Shown here: in pieces, positions 36,401-40,318 of the stretch
Position numbering within the stretch: position 1 is the first letter of the stretch
Layout of the letters: every line of letters starts with the position of its first letter
Origin: a virus
Taxonomy: Duplodnaviria > Caudoviricetes
Virus record (IMG/VR): IMGVR_UViG_3300029169_000009
Coordinates: 1-40,318 of that record
Strand: one strand, 5' to 3'
DNA length: 40,318 bases
Made by a program: the position numbers and the translations under genes
Notes under the pieces: generated by a model
Databases searched by the model: none
Told to the model about the DNA's origin: nothing
The model's input: only the letters and a program-made list of their open reading frames with translations

Positions 36401-36908
36401 CGAGATTGGTATTCTACTCAATGACGACAAAGAGACGCGCTCTGCTCACAGTACAGGTGTCCATCAAGGGTCAACGGATTTTGTATTAGCTAATGCTGAC
36501 GAGAGTCTGAATTTTGAAGGAGCTATCGCCTCGGTTGGTTTGTTTCACAACAAAGTTCTCACCGATTCGGAGCGCAATGAGCTCTGGAATGGCGGTGTGA
36601 ACTTGCTGCAGTCGGAATTGAGTACTGGTATAAAGTCAGGGTTGCAGTCGTACTGGGATTTAGACGAGTTGAATGGGACACGGAATGATAATGACGGTGG
36701 TGGCAACCACTTGACTGATAATAATTCAGTAACTCGCGTCACTGGACCTAGAGCTGCACTGGATTCGAGCTATTCTTCTCTTGAATTTAGCTCCTTCAGC
36801 AGTAGTTCAAGTTCATCGCCGTCTTCTTCTCTTGAATTTAGCTCCTTTAGTTCGTCCTCTTCATCCTCTTCGTCGTTGTCCAGCTCTAGCTCGAGTTCAA
36901 GTTCGTAA
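30480..36908 (+). CDS. Giant serine-rich repeat protein with six LamG-like domains (putative glycosylated virion fibre/adhesin)
   Basis: 2142 aa. LamG units at ~31330-32030, 32070-32775, 33000-33690, 33980-34715 (divergent), 35165-35845 and 36070-36775, each with W(V/A)K..., WY..., W.L.E..G.R.D motifs and separated by poly-Ser tracts. Confidence 0.88.
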   Translation: MQFTQSQAHIATYLPIEKFGSSESIGSGELHSVILANTSTDSEYTLPPLTSAIDAEDLYIKLVSTAGIIEVFPDDPNNETIDGLESILLQQPQSVVKLYADFDNLRWRILAFYQGGLTETSSSSSSSSSSLSSSSSSTSSLSSSSSTEQSETSSSSFSSSSSSESTLGLSETSESSLSSSSTVVLSSSSSSITEESSSSSSSSTEASETSSSLSSSSSSTEVSETSSSSSPSSSSSSSVSSSSSTEASETSSSSSTLLAESSSSSSSSSTEISETSSSSSSAGTPPFAASFASANTEFLSIADNADLSMGNVDFVISVWAKFDTLAQNNTVISKFDSGSVSDREYLIANNGATDIRFALSENGINTQIYDHAKSLKINTWYHIVCWHDSANDEVGIQVNDDAAEIFTRTIGVHNSNESFIMGAGDTGTAFHGDLDISMARIWKNRILTETERNQLWNGGDGYLHANLPAGLLTNLVANWDLQELNGTRFDQVGSNDLTDNNTVTRDLGPRAAEDTSFSSSSSSSSSAVDTLAARFQSANTEYLSISDNPSLTIGDIDFSAVAWMYLDNKDVADRWVMGTYHTASPQRSWVINYEPSNDRFRFNISSDGSAANSTQLLANSYGSPKANTWYMLTIRYNATTDTMYIKVNDGPEDTASHSGGAFNSSNQFTIGASDSGTNSRHDGRIASAGLWKRFITDSEINQLWNGGVNLLYNQLPASLLTSLTSYWNLDELSGTRFDSHGSNDLTDNNTVTRAAGPSAAEDTSFSSSSSLTSLEFSSFSSSSSLSSSSPSSSSSSSSASSIEFSSFSSSSLSSSSDSSSSLEFASFSSSSSSSSSSSSGFIPFGALFVSANSEELSLSDTADVSMGDIDFTVALWVRMDDLGSNQTVLSKWFEPTSNREYIVTYNTATNDFLLAYSSAGTGDSLVLTSTAAASVVLGAWNMITFWHDSVGNVGGLQINDNEPNTGAITGGVFDGVADFLLGPTLDGAISMVGVWKNRVLNEAERIQLFNQGFGYLHANLPAGLLTSLTAYWDLQELDGSRFDSVGSNTLTDVNTVGRTLGPRPSLDSSYSSSSSSSLSSSSSSTSSLSSSSSSLSSSSTLSSLEFSSFSSSSSSSSSSPSSSLEFSSFSSSSSSSSSLEFSSFSSSSSSSSTVALTSSSSSSGEGGFNDGVIDQYEASLTNVWKLEESSGNVRLPKVGNTVLIEQVVNVARATGVDGFGASFSRTNDHSLRGQGSSVQLASKMMISCWIRQTGGAGSDIHVFFQVGGIQSQGGGVALRDGLPGGGHNIYIATTTDTEEISGTFLSPGVFNHCLIFINLDDDWDVGGTENVILYINGVKSVSDTLNGSFSELGDEAFITLGNGFTEGSDEASNCIIDEFYIWTGDVPYALADRFELADRLYNAGSGTFYECPQSSSSESSSSSQEFSSFSSSSSISSSSSSTSQEPDFFSSSSSSSQEFSSMSSSDLDPSSSSSSSTEVSETSSSSPSSSSSSSTEVSETSSSSSSSSSSSTEVSETSSSFSSSSSSTEISETSSSSSLSSSSSSSSTEVSVTSSSSSSTESVYAANFTGSNSNYLEISDNASLSTGDIDFTFAAWVKYDAITGTHAILSKFSVNEEYLLSRSTAFGGSFEFLVDDGTSSVAVRTIDASINTWYLVVGWHDSVNNEIGIQVNDNAAVTLPHTTGVDDNNSPFRIGNSSLGVFPTNGAIAMVGYWKNRVLSEADRNQLFNLGSGYRYFELPAGLLTNLESYWDLDEASGTRFDSAGSNDLTENGTVGQRTGPDPTEDSSFSSSSSSSSSSTEVSETSSSSSSSSLSSSSSSSSSTEVSETSSSSSSSSSSSSSSTEASETSSSSSSSSSSSSSNVPTFAASFNGTNQTLSRASNTVLGPGDITFAFVVWFKPDDIQGANQAILSKWGVSGNNREYKLDLSSTVLAWNVSGDGTVLGTTTVAVAPTGGFKNGAWYMAICFHDHFNNEIGILLNDDKETRSAHSTGVHQGSTDFVLANADESLNFEGAIASVGLFHNKVLTDSERNELWNGGVNLLQSELSTGIKSGLQSYWDLDELNGTRNDNDGGGNHLTDNNSVTRVTGPRAALDSSYSSLEFSSFSSSSSSSPSSSLEFSSFSSSSSSSSSLSSSSSSSSS
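35858..35980 (+). repeat. Exact internal nucleotide repeats in the Ser-rich tracts
   Basis: 35858-35896 equals 31118-31156 (39 bp); 35868-35908 equals 35940-35980 (41 bp). Also 32016-32042 equals 32760-32786, and 36774-36796 equals 36825-36847. Confidence 0.85.
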
Positions 36909-37016
36909 AAATTTGGGCAAGGTTGAAGTCTTAACGAATGGTAATATTGTTTGATTTGCTGTGTTATTGACCTTAGAACGGTCGCAATGTTACAAATACT
37001 GTAAAGTGTATAATTT

Positions 37017-37838
37017 ATGCAAAATAAAAGCGTCATGTATTTTAATCGGGGCACTAAGTGTATCATCAGGGCTCTGGTCAGTATGCACAGTTTGCGCGAG
37101 CACTGGAAAGGGCAGGTTTACTGTGTTTGTGAAGGTGACCAGGAGCCGGATTTCTTAAGGATGATGGCACAACTGGGTGTCGAACCTATTCAGATCGATA
37201 TGATATCCGGTTTGCAGTCGCTTTGCACTAAACCACATTTGTACAAATACAGTAAAACTGAATTAACTATGTTTATGGATTCGGATACGCATATCTGTGC
37301 TCCGATCGATAAATTTTTTGAATACATCGCTGAGCACGAATTTGTCACGACTAATTTTTCAAATTGGAAAACCGACGCTGGCGGAATGATTACTCGTAGA
37401 ATCAAAGCGTGGGCGAAAGTCTGTGATGAGAAAATGATACAGGATGCGATCGAATACGGTCAGGCAATCAATACTGGCGTCAACGGTTGGCGGCCGGATG
37501 CTGAGATATTGAAGCATTGGGCACCGTTAACAGAAGAAGGTCAGCGAAATAATTGTGTTCGCCGTATGGTGGATGAACTAGCGTGCCAGATGTTGATCCC
37601 CCAGTATCAGAGTTTTGTCGCTGACAGCAGATGGAACACATCAGTCAAGTTTGACAGGATAACGCGTAACACTAAAGTTATCCATTATCACGGCAACAAG
37701 CATGTTTGGCCGGACCAGTTCAGAGGTTGTAAAATTTGGAAGCGCAAATATTTGAGTATGTGCAGAGAAGGGTTTTTGGATAAGAACGAATGCTATGGTG
37801 ATCGCCTGTTGCGTCGTTCTGTGTGGAGAGGGAAATGA
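37017..37838 (+). CDS. GT8-like glycosyltransferase
   Basis: KP, TMFMDSDT (DxD), INTGV, DE...Q, RWN and VIHYHG are GT8-type motifs. Confidence 0.8.
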   Translation: MQNKSVMYFNRGTKCIIRALVSMHSLREHWKGQVYCVCEGDQEPDFLRMMAQLGVEPIQIDMISGLQSLCTKPHLYKYSKTELTMFMDSDTHICAPIDKFFEYIAEHEFVTTNFSNWKTDAGGMITRRIKAWAKVCDEKMIQDAIEYGQAINTGVNGWRPDAEILKHWAPLTEEGQRNNCVRRMVDELACQMLIPQYQSFVADSRWNTSVKFDRITRNTKVIHYHGNKHVWPDQFRGCKIWKRKYLSMCREGFLDKNECYGDRLLRRSVWRGK

Positions 37839-38569
37839 TAAACAGTGATTTGACCATTGTTACAGCATGTTCTGGTGACAAGTACTTAAAGAGGTTGGAG
37901 AATGCTTTGGGTCACTGGTACCGATCTGATTTCATTAAAAGCTGTAGAATCGTTATTTTTACACCGACCAAATATGCGAATTCGGTTCAAGCGCTGATCG
38001 GCGCTAATCAACATAATTACAACGGTCCGCTCGATCTAGAACTGTGGGATGCTTCTGGATCGGCAGCGCCCAAAGAAGACATACTGAGCGCTTTCGTGTT
38101 CGGTGTGCCACAAGTGGTGAGAACTAAGTATTGGTGCAAGCTTGACTGCGATTGCACTTTGAAGCAAAATCTGACTGTTCGCAATCTGCCTCACAAATGG
38201 TATACACATACGTTGAATGGTCACAAGTGGTCATACACAAAAGTGAAACATGATCCTGAATATGAAACCAAAGGTCATTGGTTGAATCGGTTGGACGAGT
38301 GGGCTGATAAGGTGCCGGATTTTGCTGGCACTGAAAGGTTGTTCGATCGTCAAATAGCTGGGATCAGGCACGGTCACAAGAGGATTTGCACATTTTTCTC
38401 TATTGAGAAATTGTCGTTCACAAAACATTTGAGTGAGATGTGTAAACAAAATGGCGGTCGAATGCCGGTACCGTCGCATGATACATTGGTGTGGTATGTG
38501 ATAACAAGGTTGGGTGGCGGTCGTACAATCAATTATGTGAATTTCAAAATTTATTGGAGTACGAGGTAA
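37835..38569 (+). CDS. Putative GT-A fold glycosyltransferase
   Basis: LTIVTAC N-terminal strand; KYWCKLDCDC (DxD); ATGA coupling at 37835; GAGG SD. Confidence 0.6.
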   Translation: MINSDLTIVTACSGDKYLKRLENALGHWYRSDFIKSCRIVIFTPTKYANSVQALIGANQHNYNGPLDLELWDASGSAAPKEDILSAFVFGVPQVVRTKYWCKLDCDCTLKQNLTVRNLPHKWYTHTLNGHKWSYTKVKHDPEYETKGHWLNRLDEWADKVPDFAGTERLFDRQIAGIRHGHKRICTFFSIEKLSFTKHLSEMCKQNGGRMPVPSHDTLVWYVITRLGGGRTINYVNFKIYWSTR

Positions 38570-38982
38570 TGATCAAACAAGGTAAAGTGTGGGGTTGGAC
38601 GAGTACCATTTATAGTGATCATAACATTGAATTGAATTTGATTTACGCTAAAAAGGGCGGGTACTGTAGTTTGCACCGTCACATATCCAAGTACAATTTG
38701 TTTTTCGTTTTCCTTGGACAGTTGAAAATTGAAGTGGAAAAGTCAGATTACGATTTGACCGATGTTACCAATATCAAAAATTTTCAACAGACAATTGTTC
38801 CACCTGGTGAATTGCATCGATTTCGAGCGGTCAAAGATACATATGCATTGGAGCTGTACTGGGTAAAGCTTGATCTGTCAGATATACACAGGGAGGATGT
38901 AGGTGGCTCGACCAAGGAAGTTACTGAGCAAGATCGGAAGAATTTACAACGGCAGTACGATAGCGGAGATCAGGGGATGTAA
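38569..38982 (+). CDS. Cupin-domain protein (mannose-6-phosphate isomerase/sugar isomerase-like)
   Basis: KVWG...GGYCSLHRH..KYN.F.V..G.L and VPPG..HRF cupin motifs; TAATG coupling at 38569. Confidence 0.75.
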   Translation: MIKQGKVWGWTSTIYSDHNIELNLIYAKKGGYCSLHRHISKYNLFFVFLGQLKIEVEKSDYDLTDVTNIKNFQQTIVPPGELHRFRAVKDTYALELYWVKLDLSDIHREDVGGSTKEVTEQDRKNLQRQYDSGDQGM

Positions 38983-39136
38983 ATTTCTCGAGTGTAAAAG
39001 CTGTGGTTACTATTACGCTTATGACGAAAATTATGTGGACATGATGATTTGCACGTGTTGTAAAAAGAAAGTGTGCCACGAGTGTGGTAATAATGAGATT
39101 GCAACATGTTACAAATGTATCAACACTGTGGATTAA
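38903..39136 (+). CDS. Small Cys-rich (Zn-binding) protein
   Basis: CKSC...CTCC...CHEC...CYKC; GGAGG SD before GTG; stop abuts the next ATG. Confidence 0.55.
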   Translation: MARPRKLLSKIGRIYNGSTIAEIRGCKFLECKSCGYYYAYDENYVDMMICTCCKKKVCHECGNNEIATCYKCINTVD

Positions 39137-39835
39137 ATGCAAATGATCGTATTTGGGATTGGTAGTGGTAGGTGTGGTTCGAAGTCCGCAGCTCTATTGA
39201 TGCACAGTCAAAGCGGATGTATGATGCGTCACGAGATGCGCCACATACTGCCATATCAGATTGACAGGGAAATGTTTCATCGCAAGATGGACGTCCTTGT
39301 TAAAAAAGACGGTCGGTATCTGATTTACGGTGATTCTGCGCATTATTACGCTTACTACATTGACTTGATAATGGCACGTTTCCCGGATGCAAAAATATTT
39401 TGCTTGAAAAGGGATCGAGAACAAGTCATTCACAGCTACCATGTGAAAGTGACCAAGCGCGCTATCGGTAAAAAATACAAGTGTTATCGAAATTTCTGGC
39501 AAAACACTCGTGGTCGAGACCATTCTGATTGGGATGCAGCTTATCCTAAGTATGATCGTAATTTGACACTTCCTGAAGCGATCGGTTGTTATTATGACGA
39601 TTACTACCGATCGGTTGATATTAAGATGAAACTGTACCCGAACAATATTCGTGTTTTTGACACTGAGTGTTTGAACACTCGGGATGGGGTTTGCAGTTTG
39701 CTTGATTTTGTCGGTGTGCCCGAAGACAGTCGAAAGTATTTGATAAAATTGCAAGTTAAGAATCGGTGGGCCGAGGTAAGGGGCGTCGATTTAGACAAGG
39801 AGTATAGTAGTGAAGAGAATAGCGGTACTGATTAG
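39137..39835 (+). CDS. Sulfotransferase-family (P-loop) protein
   Basis: VFGIGSGRCGSKS (5'-PSB loop), HE, and FPDAKIFCLKRD....IHSY (3'-PB R...S motif). Confidence 0.78.
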   Translation: MQMIVFGIGSGRCGSKSAALLMHSQSGCMMRHEMRHILPYQIDREMFHRKMDVLVKKDGRYLIYGDSAHYYAYYIDLIMARFPDAKIFCLKRDREQVIHSYHVKVTKRAIGKKYKCYRNFWQNTRGRDHSDWDAAYPKYDRNLTLPEAIGCYYDDYYRSVDIKMKLYPNNIRVFDTECLNTRDGVCSLLDFVGVPEDSRKYLIKLQVKNRWAEVRGVDLDKEYSSEENSGTD

Positions 39836-40301
39836 CTCCTATAACTATCAACGAAGGCTCAATTGGATGTTGAGCAGCTTAAGTCAGCAGGTTGGCATTT
39901 CATTGTATATTGAGGTTGCTGTTCTCGGTGAAGAGTCGGGCAATCTTAAAACTGTCGAAGTCGTTGATTTTTTCAAAAAGAGACAAGGTGTGGATATCCG
40001 GTTTGGGTACACTTTTATAACTGATCCAGAAGTGTTCACCAATCGTGGAATTACTAGGACGAAACAATTACAAGAACTTAAGGATTTTGATTCTTTCGAT
40101 TATTTCCTGTTCGCTGACTGTGACCATATTTATGAGCATGATTTTTTTTCACAGGTTGTCGAACAGGCTGAAATGTGTGTCGGAACGAAAACTTTGTATT
40201 CAGTGTGTCGATATAGTACGAAGTTAGTTAATAATGTAAACTCTTTAATCAATGCTTACAATTATCCGTGCGTTATCAATCGCCCTGTAACAACGTTGGG
40301 C
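39810..40301 (+). CDS. GT2-family glycosyltransferase, 3'-truncated (not in the ORF track)
   Basis: AAGGAG SD and GTG at 39810; my translation MKRIAVLISSYNYQRRLNWMLSSLSQQ...NRGITR...FDYFLFADCDHIY stays open to the primer tag. Confidence 0.8.
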
Positions 40302-40318
40302 GATCGTGACTGGGAAAC
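40302..40318 (-). other. Random-amplification primer tag (library artefact)
   Basis: GATCGTGACTGGGAAAC is the reverse complement of positions 1-17. Confidence 0.92.

Noticed and set aside
31118-36847. Diversity-generating retroelement (TR/VR pair) in the LamG gene
   Set aside because: No reverse transcriptase is present in the window, and differences between repeats are not adenine-specific.
27484-40301. Bacterial LPS/capsule locus joined to the phage (prophage boundary or chimera)
   Set aside because: There are no flippase, polymerase, export or housekeeping genes, no integrase or att site, and no internal primer tag; gene packing and strand match the phage part.
1-40318. 17-bp terminal inverted repeat suggesting a linear genome or transposon ends
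   Set aside because: It is the random-amplification primer tag, and ORFs are cut at both ends.

Overview
This is a 40.3-kb fragment of a tailed dsDNA phage (Caudoviricetes) genome from a randomly amplified virome library. The 17-nt amplification primer tag GTTTCCCAGTCACGATC sits at both ends, and all credible genes are on the + strand. The left third (0.1-16.1 kb) holds many small, tightly packed early/middle genes. These include a tandem Bro-N-like protein, an HD-like (DUF5662-type) protein with a Zn-ribbon insert, a metal-dependent Kdo-8-phosphate synthase (kdsA), a HAD hydrolase, a double-AP2 protein, thyX, and an HTH gene followed by a 10-bp-period operator-like array. The middle (16.2-27.4 kb) has a LamG-domain protein, a small membrane protein, a pseudo-receiver protein and an HK97-type head module (small and large terminase, portal, protease-scaffold, major capsid protein, terminator). 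The right third (27.5-40.3 kb) is the most unusual part: a ~13-kb glycosylation island directly after the capsid gene. It carries four glycosyltransferase-like genes (one truncated and absent from the ORF track), a degenerate sugar epimerase, a cupin and a sulfotransferase. These surround two paralogous serine-rich proteins, one a 2142-aa protein with six LamG domains separated by poly-Ser tracts. My best hypothesis is a phage-encoded system that builds a glycosylated, possibly sulfated, mucin-like virion appendage. All product calls come from motif recognition by eye; no database searches were run.
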